Assembly (NCBI GenBank): GCA_965223565.1
Contig: CBDCWV010000011.1
Coordinates: 132,600-196,599 of the forward strand
Length of the DNA: 64,000 bases
Reading direction: 5' to 3'
From: Myxococcota bacterium
Lineage (GTDB): Bacteria; Myxococcota_A; UBA9160; UBA4427
Of the stretch, positions 36,139 to 44,119 are shown in pieces (positions within the stretch are counted from its first letter, which is position 1; each line of letters starts with the position of its first letter). The position numbers and the translations under genes are program-made. The notes beneath the pieces are model-generated. The model searched no databases and was not told the origin of the DNA. It saw nothing but the letters and a program-made list of their open reading frames with translations.

Positions 36139-37323
36139 TCAAACGGGTCGACGTTCGGAGAGCGAGAGCGCGTTGTCTCGCATCACCATCTTCACCTCTT
36201 CGGGTGTGAAGCCGTCGAGCTCGTTCGCGAACTCGGTCGGGTCTGCGAGACCCTCGGCATGCGGCCAATCGGATCCGAGCAACATGTTCTCGGCGCCCAG
36301 GATGTTCTTGAGCGCGAGCACGCTGTCCTCGTGGAAGGGTGAGATCCAGATGTGACGCCGGAAGGTCTCGAGCGGGTCCTCGAAGAAGTAATTCGGATCC
36401 TGGCCGTAGGTCCGCTCCAGGGCCTGGAAGAGCCACTGAACCCAGAACGCACCCATTTCGATGCTCGCCAGGCGGAGGTTGGGAAAGCGCTCGAAGAGCC
36501 GATGCGCGATCAACGCCGCCATCAGGTCGAAGGGCGCCTTGTGCGCCATCGTGATACTCCGAAGCGGCGACGAGCCGAAGCTCTCGATCGTGCCGCCCTC
36601 GCCCCAATCCGCCATGTACTCGCCATAGCCGGAATCGCCGCCGTGATAGACGACGGTGATGCCGGCATCGTTCACGATCTGCCAGAAGGGATCGAAATAG
36701 GGATCGGCCGGCGAGCGACTGCCGCCCTTGTCGTAGATGAACGAAGGGCGCATCACGACGAAGCGCGCGTCGTTCTCGAGCGCCCACTCGAGCTCCGCGA
36801 TACCACGATCCCGATCCATGAGCGAGATGTAGGGCGCGGCGTAGATTCGCTCCTTGTACGCGAAGCCCCAATCGTCGAGCAGCCAGCGATTGAACGCTTC
36901 GAAGGCGGTGTGGACCGCCTCGACGTCGTGCTTGAGGGCCTCCTCCATCCCGACACCCAGGGTCGGGAAGTAGATCGCCTTTTCGATCTTGAGCTCGGTC
37001 ATCTTCTCGAGGCGCACGTCGCGATCGCGGTATTCGGGTCGAATCGGCTCGAGCGCACCGAAGGCCTCGCGGATGCTCTTGCCCTCCGGATTGATGCCCC
37101 GGTAGTAGTCGTCGAGACACCCGGGGCGCGCGACCGGGTCGAAGGTCGGATTCGGAATGAAGCGATTGACCTTGCCGGCGACGAGTAGCTCCTTGCGACC
37201 ATTGAGCGTCGCCCAGTTCATGCAGCGCCTCTTCATGCGCGGATCGATGTGGCGCGTGAAGGCGTCCTCGGCCTCGTAGTAGTGGTTGTCGGCGTCGAAG
37301 AGCATGAAGGGAAGGTCGGCCAT
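36139..37323 (-). CDS. amidohydrolase_2 family protein
   Basis: ATG 37323 after GAGGAA. 'MLFDADNHYYE', 'GSDWPHAEG'. Confidence 0.85.
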   Translation of the reverse strand: MADLPFMLFDADNHYYEAEDAFTRHIDPRMKRRCMNWATLNGRKELLVAGKVNRFIPNPTFDPVARPGCLDDYYRGINPEGKSIREAFGALEPIRPEYRDRDVRLEKMTELKIEKAIYFPTLGVGMEEALKHDVEAVHTAFEAFNRWLLDDWGFAYKERIYAAPYISLMDRDRGIAELEWALENDARFVVMRPSFIYDKGGSRSPADPYFDPFWQIVNDAGITVVYHGGDSGYGEYMADWGEGGTIESFGSSPLRSITMAHKAPFDLMAALIAHRLFERFPNLRLASIEMGAFWVQWLFQALERTYGQDPNYFFEDPLETFRRHIWISPFHEDSVLALKNILGAENMLLGSDWPHAEGLADPTEFANELDGFTPEEVKMVMRDNALSLSERRPV

Positions 37324-37508
37324 CTGGGAATTCCTCGCGTTTCGAGTCGTTGGGTCTGCGGCCGCAGCGCGGTCGGCGCGGCGCGCGATCCGCCGGGTCG
37401 ACGCCGATGCAGGGGCCGCGAGCGGTGGCGGGTGCATCTCGTCGACGCCAGACGATAGACGAAGCGAGCGAGCTGAGAATCCCCCCATTCGCTACCCCTT
37501 GCCGCGCC

Positions 37509-38390
37509 ATGATGCTCGATCCAGACGAAACGCTGTCCGACCTGCTGGCCCACCTCACGCTCGAGAGTCGACCCGACGAGGGCGACCACGACGTCTTTCG
37601 CGGCTACAGCCAACGCGCGAACAACGGCCGGATCTTCGGCGGCCTGGTCTTCGCACAGGCCATGCGGGCAGCCCAGGCAACCGTCGCCGATCGCAGCGCC
37701 CACTCTGCGCATGCCTACTTCCTGCGTCCCGGCGACCCCGAGAAGCCGATCGTCTACACGGTCGAACGCATTCGGGATGGGCGCAGCTTCACGACCCGAC
37801 GGGTCGTCGCCCATCAGGGCGAGCAGGCGATCTTCAATCTCGCCATGTCATTTCAGATCGCCGAGGCAGGCCCGAGCCGGCAGGTCGACGTCCCGATTCC
37901 GGCGCAGCCCGTCGGCGAGGAATACGAGACGGGCATCATTCGCGCGCTGGCGTCGAAGGGGATCGCGCTCACGCGCGAGCAGCTCGGCACGGGGCCGATC
38001 GAGATCCGGGTCGAAGGCGGTCTCGACATGGTGGGGGGAGAGCCGCGAGAGCCCGTCCTCCGGACCTGGTTTCGTAGTCGCGGGCCGCTGCCGGATGATC
38101 CCGCACTCCACGCCGCCATCCTCGCCTACGCCTCGGATCAGACCATCGTCATCGCGGCACAGCATCCGATGGACTGGGGGATCATGGACGAAGGCACGCA
38201 ATCGGCGAGCCTCGATCACGCGATCTGGTTTCACGATGCCTTTCGGATCGACGACTGGGTCTATGCCGTGCATGACAGCCCCGTCCTGAAGCAGGCGCGC
38301 GCCCTCGGACGCGTGCTCTTCTACGCACGCGACGGCCGACTCGTCGCCTCGGCGGTCCAGGAGGGCCTGATGCGCCGACACGACACGTGA
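37509..38390 (+). CDS. tesB: acyl-CoA thioesterase II
   Basis: ATG 37509. 'FGGLVFAQAMRAA', 'DGRSFTTRRVVAHQGEQAIFNLAMSFQ'. Double-hotdog length of 293 aa. Confidence 0.85.
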   Translation: MMLDPDETLSDLLAHLTLESRPDEGDHDVFRGYSQRANNGRIFGGLVFAQAMRAAQATVADRSAHSAHAYFLRPGDPEKPIVYTVERIRDGRSFTTRRVVAHQGEQAIFNLAMSFQIAEAGPSRQVDVPIPAQPVGEEYETGIIRALASKGIALTREQLGTGPIEIRVEGGLDMVGGEPREPVLRTWFRSRGPLPDDPALHAAILAYASDQTIVIAAQHPMDWGIMDEGTQSASLDHAIWFHDAFRIDDWVYAVHDSPVLKQARALGRVLFYARDGRLVASAVQEGLMRRHDT

Positions 38391-38447
38391 GACCGGCCTC
38401 GCGACGGGGTCTTCGTTAGAGTGGGTCGCCCATAGGGAGACCCAAGC

Positions 38448-40763
38448 ATGGCCGCTGCCACACGACCGACCGAGCGCGAGATCGTCCACCGCTCCTGTCC
38501 GACCTGCGAGGCCAGCTGCGGTCTTCGCGTCGAGATCGACCCCGCGAGCCGAAGCGTCCTGCGGATCGAGGGCGATGCCGACGATCCGCGGAGCGCGGGC
38601 TACCTCTGCCCCAAGGCCTACGCGATGAAGGAGATCTACGAGGATCCCGAGCGCCTGCGAAGACCGATGCGCAAGAACCCGGATGGGAGCTTCAGCGAGA
38701 TCGGCTGGGACGAAGCAATGGAGCTGGCAGCCTCGAAGCTGCTCGCGATCAAGAAGGAACACGGCCCGAACGCGGTCGGCTACTACATCGGCAATCCGAC
38801 CGGACACAACGTCGGCGCACAGCTCTACATTCCGCCGCTGCTCGCCGGACTCGAGACCCAGCGCTCGTTCTCCGCCGCGACGATGGATCAATTTCCGCAG
38901 AACGTGGCGCTCCACACGATGATCGGAGACGCCTGGATGTTCCCCATCCCCGACATCGAGCGAACCGATTTCTTCGTCTGCATGGGCGGCAATCCACTCG
39001 TCTCCCAGGGCAGCTTGATGTCCGCGCCGAACGCCCGAAAACGACTCAAGGCGATCGTCGAGCGTGGCGGACGCGTGCTGACGATCGACCCGCGCCGAAC
39101 GGAGACGGCCGAGGTCGCGAGCGAGCATCTCTTCATCAAGCCCGGCTCGGACGCCTATTTCCTGCTCTCCGTCTGCCATGTCCTCTTCGACGAGAAGCTC
39201 GTTCGTCAGGGTCGTCTCGCGTCGTTCACCGATGGATTCGACCGGATCGAAGCGATCGCGCAGGCGTATCCGCCCGAGCGCGTCGAAGCGGCGACGGGCA
39301 TCGCGCCGGAAGCGACGCGTCGAATCGTGCGCGACTTCTGTGCCGCGCAGGGCGCCTGGTACGGACGGATCGGACTCTGCACCCAGGAGTTCGGCACGCT
39401 CGCGAGCTGGCTGATCTACGTCGTGAACGTGCTGACGGGTCGGCTCGACGCCGAAGGCGGCATGATGTTCCCGCGACCCGCGACCGGTCGCGGCGAGCCC
39501 GGACGTCCGGCCGAGCCCTTCGAGACGGGGCGTTACCGGACCGCGGCACGCGGCATCCCGGAGATCGCGGGTCAGATTCCGTGTGGGCTGCTCGCCGAGG
39601 AGATCGAGGAGGCGAGTGCGGGCGAGAATCGCATGCGCGGACTGATTACGGCGATGGGCAACCCCGTTCTCTCGGCACCAAACGGCGAACGCCTCTCGGC
39701 CGCACTCGACGAGCTCGATTTCATGCTGTCGCTCGACATCTACATCAACGAGACGACGCGGCACGCCGACCTGATCCTGCCGAGCACGGTTCAGCTCGAG
39801 CACGAGAACTACGACTTCCTCTTCGAAGTGACGAGCGTCCGGAATTTCGCGCGCTGGTCGCCGCGCCTGTTCGAGCCCGATGCGGATCAACGCGACCAGT
39901 GGCGGATCTACTGCGAGCTCGGCGCGCGCCTCTCGGGTGCACCCTCTTGGGAGGTCGTCGACGACATGATGGTAAAGGGTATGCTCGCCATGATGGTCGG
40001 TCCGGGCACGCGCTGCCCGGACGTCACGCCGGAGGCGGCCTTCGAGAAGCTCCAGGACGGGCACGGTCCCATGCGACTCATCGAGTGCATGATCCGCTGC
40101 GGGCCCTACGGCGACTCTTTTCAAGGCAGCGGCGCCTTTCAGGGCAGCGGCGCCTTTCAGGGCAGCGGCGCCTTCGAAAGCAGCGGCGCCGACACGACGG
40201 GTCTCGACCTCGAGCGGCTTCGGGCGGCCGAGCATGGGATCGATCTCGGCGCCCTGCAGCCCGGTCGCCTGCCCGATGCGATGCCCTTCGATCGGATCGA
40301 GCTCTGCCCGGACTACGTCACGGCGGACCTGTCGCGACTCGAAGCGGCACTCGAAGAGCGCAGTCGCGACGTCCGACTCGTGCTCGTAGGTCGCCGCCAG
40401 ATTCGAAACATGAACTCCTGGCTCCACAATCTGCCGGCGCTCGCCAAGGGGCCGAATCGCTGTACGCTGCTCGTCCATCCCGACGACGCCGCGCGCCTCG
40501 GCATCGAGGGCGGGAAGTTCGTACGCGTCCGCTCCCGCGTCGGCGAAATCGAGGTCGAGTGCCAGGTGACGGAAGAGATGATGCCGGGCGTCGTCAGCCT
40601 GCCCCACGGTTACGGCCATCGGCTGCAGGGCGTACGGCTCTCCGTGGCGAAGGAGAAGCAGCCCGGCGCCTGCTCGAACTATCTGACGGACGAGACGGTT
40701 CTCGACGCACCCTCCGGCACCCATGTCGCGAACGGGATTCCGGTCGAGGTCTCGGCGGCCTGA
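38448..40763 (+). CDS. molybdopterin (bis-MGD) oxidoreductase family protein, cytoplasmic, single-subunit type
   Basis: N-terminal 4Fe-4S motif 'CPTCEASCG...YLCPK', no Tat signal. C-terminal dinucleotide-binding barrel 'LLVHPDDAARLGI..G..VRVRSRVGEIEVE'. Contains an in-frame repeat at 40119-40190. Confidence 0.85.
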   Translation: MAAATRPTEREIVHRSCPTCEASCGLRVEIDPASRSVLRIEGDADDPRSAGYLCPKAYAMKEIYEDPERLRRPMRKNPDGSFSEIGWDEAMELAASKLLAIKKEHGPNAVGYYIGNPTGHNVGAQLYIPPLLAGLETQRSFSAATMDQFPQNVALHTMIGDAWMFPIPDIERTDFFVCMGGNPLVSQGSLMSAPNARKRLKAIVERGGRVLTIDPRRTETAEVASEHLFIKPGSDAYFLLSVCHVLFDEKLVRQGRLASFTDGFDRIEAIAQAYPPERVEAATGIAPEATRRIVRDFCAAQGAWYGRIGLCTQEFGTLASWLIYVVNVLTGRLDAEGGMMFPRPATGRGEPGRPAEPFETGRYRTAARGIPEIAGQIPCGLLAEEIEEASAGENRMRGLITAMGNPVLSAPNGERLSAALDELDFMLSLDIYINETTRHADLILPSTVQLEHENYDFLFEVTSVRNFARWSPRLFEPDADQRDQWRIYCELGARLSGAPSWEVVDDMMVKGMLAMMVGPGTRCPDVTPEAAFEKLQDGHGPMRLIECMIRCGPYGDSFQGSGAFQGSGAFQGSGAFESSGADTTGLDLERLRAAEHGIDLGALQPGRLPDAMPFDRIELCPDYVTADLSRLEAALEERSRDVRLVLVGRRQIRNMNSWLHNLPALAKGPNRCTLLVHPDDAARLGIEGGKFVRVRSRVGEIEVECQVTEEMMPGVVSLPHGYGHRLQGVRLSVAKEKQPGACSNYLTDETVLDAPSGTHVANGIPVEVSAA
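40119..40190 (+). repeat. in-frame 18-bp tandem repeat x4 encoding (FQGSGA)3-FESSGA
   Basis: Units at 40119-40136 (tttcaaggcagcggcgcc), 40137-40154 and 40155-40172 (both tttcagggcagcggcgcc) and 40173-40190 (ttcgaaagcagcggcgcc). Phase checked against the CDS start at 38448. Confidence 0.95.
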
Positions 40764-40787
40764 GGGGCGGGGAGCTGCGGGATCCCC

Positions 40788-42827
40788 ATGGCGAGCCTCC
40801 TGAGTCCGTCCGGCCGAGGCGACCTCGCCGCGCGCCCGCGTGTCGCTGTCTGCGCCGCGCTCGCCTGGCTGCTCTCGATCGCTGCGAATGAGCCCGCGCC
40901 TGCCGACGAGACCGAGCTCGCACACGACGGCGCGGTCGTCGAATGGCCCACGACCGAGGGCAGACCGGGTGGTGGGCGCTATTCGCCGCTCGCCGAGATC
41001 GATCGCCGAAACGTCGATCGACTCGAGGAGATCTGGCGCTATCGACACGGAGACGTCGACTCGGGCGGCTTCGGTCCCGGAAGACTCTTCTCTGCGACGA
41101 GCGGTGAGTCGACACCGATCGTGGTCGACGGTCGTCTGTTCTACACGACGCCGTTCTCGCGCGTGATCGCCCTCGATCCCGCGACCGGGCGGGAGCTCTG
41201 GACGTTCGACCCGGAGATCGATCGCGGTGTCCGCTCGGCCAATATGTTCATCAATCGCGGCGTCGCCTACTGGCGGGGACGCCCGGACGAGGGTCCGACT
41301 TGCCACACCCGCGTCTTCGTCGGCACGCTCGACGCCCGGCTGATCGCGCTCGACGCAGAGAGCGGCAGACCCTGCAAGGACTTCGGTCGCGGAGGCACGA
41401 TTCATCTGCGCGCGGACGTGAAGCCCCTCGACGATCCGGCGGAGTACAACCTGACCTCACCGCCCACGATCGTGGGGGATGTGGTCGTCGTCGGCGCCTC
41501 GATCGCGGATACGGTGCGCGCGATCGGTCCGCCCGGCGACGTGCGCGCCTTCGACGCCCGCACGGGCCATCGGCTCTGGACCTTTCATACGATTCCCCGA
41601 GACGCTGCGTTCGGTGCCGACACGTGGCCCGAGGACCAGCCATCACCCGGACACGCCAACGTCTGGTCCACCATGACCGCCGACCTCGAACGCGGCTGGG
41701 TCTTCCTGCCCGTCGCGACTGCAAATCCGGACTTCTACGGCGGCGATCGCGTCGGTGCGAATCTCTTCTCCGACTCGGTCGTCGCGCTCGATGCGCGCAC
41801 CGGAGAGCGCCAATGGCATTTCCAGACCGTGCATCACGACCTCTGGGACTACGATCTCGCGGCACCTCCCACGCTCGTCGAGATCGAGCGCGAGGGCCGT
41901 CTGATCCCCGCCGTCGCACAGGCGACCAAGACCGGCTTCGTCTTCGTGCTCGATCGAGTGACGGGCGAGCCACTCTTTCCCGTCGAAGAGCGACCGGTTC
42001 CCCCGTCGGACGTCCCCGGCGAGACGGCCTCTCCGACTCAGCCCTTTCCAGTCCGGCCGCCGCCCCTCGTGCCCCAGACGCTCCGCGAAGGTGATCTCTG
42101 GAACCGGAATCCGAAGACGCGCGCGAAATGTGCCGCCCGGCTCGCTTCGCTGCGCAACGAGGGCCTCTTCACACCGCCGAGCCTCTCCGGCTCGGTCCTC
42201 TACCCCTTCACCGGGGGCGGAGCCAATTGGTCGGGCGCGAGCTTCGATCCCATTTCTCGATCGCTCGTCGTCCCCGTCCGCAATCTCGTCCACACGATCG
42301 AGCTCCATCCCCTGCCCGAGCGGGATCGGGCGCGCGAAAAGGGTCGCGTGATCTCGTCGTTTTGGGGCGCATTGCGTTTCTTCGTGACCGGCAAAGGCAC
42401 GGGCCTGCGCTACTGGCAGGATCGAAGGCTCTTCGCGGTCGACGGTCAGCCTTGCAACGCGCCGCCCTGGGGCCTGCTCGTCGCCGTCGACCTCGACGGG
42501 GGCGAGATTCGCTGGCGCGTACCGACGGGCACGATCGAATCGACCGGCGATTCCGGTGACGAGAACGTCGGCCCCGCGCTCGTCACCGCGGGCGGGCTCG
42601 TGTTCCATGCCGGCACCCGCGACGGGACCCTACGCGCCCACGATCTGGCGACGGGCGCGGTCCTGGCTCGCTTCCCGCTTCCGGCGGGATTGCACGCGGG
42701 TCCGATCAGCTACCGACTCGAGCGCGGGGGGCCGCAGTACCTCGTCGTCGCGCCGGGGGGCCACGCCGGGCTCGGATCGAAGCCCGGCGACTACGTGATC
42801 GCCTTCGCACTGGGCGACGGGTCCTGA
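40788..42827 (+). CDS. PQQ-dependent (quinoprotein) dehydrogenase, glucose/quinate-dehydrogenase-like beta-propeller
   Basis: 679 aa. N-terminal signal-like 'VAVCAALAWLLSIAA'. 'TPIVVDGRLFYTTPFSRVIALDPATGRELW', repeated W-motif blades, C-terminal 'GDYVIAFAL'. Confidence 0.85.
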   Translation: MASLLSPSGRGDLAARPRVAVCAALAWLLSIAANEPAPADETELAHDGAVVEWPTTEGRPGGGRYSPLAEIDRRNVDRLEEIWRYRHGDVDSGGFGPGRLFSATSGESTPIVVDGRLFYTTPFSRVIALDPATGRELWTFDPEIDRGVRSANMFINRGVAYWRGRPDEGPTCHTRVFVGTLDARLIALDAESGRPCKDFGRGGTIHLRADVKPLDDPAEYNLTSPPTIVGDVVVVGASIADTVRAIGPPGDVRAFDARTGHRLWTFHTIPRDAAFGADTWPEDQPSPGHANVWSTMTADLERGWVFLPVATANPDFYGGDRVGANLFSDSVVALDARTGERQWHFQTVHHDLWDYDLAAPPTLVEIEREGRLIPAVAQATKTGFVFVLDRVTGEPLFPVEERPVPPSDVPGETASPTQPFPVRPPPLVPQTLREGDLWNRNPKTRAKCAARLASLRNEGLFTPPSLSGSVLYPFTGGGANWSGASFDPISRSLVVPVRNLVHTIELHPLPERDRAREKGRVISSFWGALRFFVTGKGTGLRYWQDRRLFAVDGQPCNAPPWGLLVAVDLDGGEIRWRVPTGTIESTGDSGDENVGPALVTAGGLVFHAGTRDGTLRAHDLATGAVLARFPLPAGLHAGPISYRLERGGPQYLVVAPGGHAGLGSKPGDYVIAFALGDGS

Positions 42828-43240
42828 TCAGCGAGATGCCCCTTGCCCGGCACGTGGTTGACCTCGATCCGAATGCCGTCGGGATCTTCGAAGAGCACCG
42901 AGTAATAGCCCGGTGCGAATCCGTCCTCCCTCGGCGGGTGGACGATCTCCGCGCCGAGCCCTGCGACGAACTCGGCGACCACATCGACGTCGCCACGCTC
43001 GCGCGCGCGCAGGCATAGATGGTGCAGCCCCACGCGCCCCTGGTCGAAGCGCTGCCCGGAGTGGGCGGGATCGGCTGGTGAGATCGCGATGCCGGTGCGA
43101 CTCCCGATACAGTAGAAATACGTCTCCGTATCGAGCAGCACCCGCATCTCGAACAGCTCGAGCAGCGGGGCCCAGAACGCGCGCGAGCGTGCCAGGTCGC
43201 GAACCGTCAATTGGATGTGGGCAATCCCGTTCAGCTGCAT
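42791..43240 (-). CDS. VOC (glyoxalase) family protein
   Basis: 'GIAHIQLTVRDLARSRAFW', 'FEDPDGIRIEV'. The 3' tail overlaps the PQQ gene end by 37 nt (convergent). Confidence 0.8.
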   Translation of the reverse strand: MQLNGIAHIQLTVRDLARSRAFWAPLLELFEMRVLLDTETYFYCIGSRTGIAISPADPAHSGQRFDQGRVGLHHLCLRARERGDVDVVAEFVAGLGAEIVHPPREDGFAPGYYSVLFEDPDGIRIEVNHVPGKGHLADQDPSPSAKAIT

Positions 43241-43348
43241 GCTCGAATCCCTCTCGCCCTCGAGGCGACGCGGGGGCGACCGCGATCTCTCGTGCCCGCG
43301 TCCCTCGCCTCCGATGGAAGCGCCGATGGACGGTTCGATGCGGACGGC

Positions 43349-44041
43349 TCAATTCGGAATCAGGCTGTCGATATTCTCCTCGAGTGTCGCCCGGATCAGG
43401 TCGATCGTCTCACGGTGGGCCTGGCGCTTGTTGTTGCGAAACGCGGGCTGCTGTAGCTGCGCGAGCTGGGTGGCCGCTTCGAGCACGCGCGCTTCGAGCT
43501 CGTCGGGATCGACCAGCTCGTCGAGAAAACCAGCCGCGAGCGCGCCCGCCGGATCGTAGATCGTCGACTGCACGATTGCTCGGTCGTAGTGGCGCTTGGA
43601 CAGGCGCGCGCGGGCGAGCTCGATCCCGAACGTGGGCAGCGTCATCCCGATCGCCGTCTCGTTCGCGCCAATCTTGAAATCACCCCGCGCACCGATTCGA
43701 AGATCGCAGGCCAGGACGAGAAAGGCGCCCATCGCGATCGCGTGTCCGCCGCAGCCGGCGACGATCGGCTTGGGATGTTCACAGATCTCGGCGAGCAGCC
43801 GCCCTCCAGCCTTGACCATCGCGGCCGCCGCCTTGGCCCCCTGCCGCATCGTCGGCAGGTCGAACCCGCCGCTCCACATGCCCGGCTTGCCGAACAGAGC
43901 GATCGCGTCGGCCGACTTCTCCGCCTCGACGAGCGCCGCGGAGAGCTCGTCCGAGACCGCTTCGGAGATCGAATTCGGCTTACCGTGATCGAGCCGTAGG
44001 ATGCAGATCCCGTCGCGCAGCTCGCTCGAAACGAATGACAT
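43349..44041 (-). CDS. enoyl-CoA hydratase/isomerase family protein
   Basis: ATG 44041 after AGGAGG. 'ILRLDHGKPNSI', 'GKPGMWSGGFD'. Confidence 0.85.
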   Translation of the reverse strand: MSFVSSELRDGICILRLDHGKPNSISEAVSDELSAALVEAEKSADAIALFGKPGMWSGGFDLPTMRQGAKAAAAMVKAGGRLLAEICEHPKPIVAGCGGHAIAMGAFLVLACDLRIGARGDFKIGANETAIGMTLPTFGIELARARLSKRHYDRAIVQSTIYDPAGALAAGFLDELVDPDELEARVLEAATQLAQLQQPAFRNNKRQAHRETIDLIRATLEENIDSLIPN

Positions 44042-44119
44042 GGCCTCGCCCTCCTGTATCCTGGATCCCGGCAATCAACGAGACCGCCGAGTGTGCCCAG
44101 CCGCCCTGCTCCCCGCGTT

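Noticed and set aside
40119-40190. Could the 18-bp repeats be a mini CRISPR array or other spacer-repeat structure?
   Set aside because: The units are directly abutting with no spacers, are in frame within a continuous, conserved CDS, and no cas genes are present.
38448-40763. Possible selenocysteine (in-frame TGA) in the formate-dehydrogenase-like Mo-enzyme
   Set aside because: The ORF is uninterrupted for 771 codons, and no in-frame TGA or downstream SECIS-like hairpin is needed to explain the gene.
37848-41405. 1185-aa minus-strand ORF opposite tesB and the molybdopterin oxidoreductase
   Set aside because: It is antisense to a gene with a clear Fe-S/MGD architecture. Its own translation even mirrors the tandem repeat as 'AAALKG' x3, showing it is just the complement.
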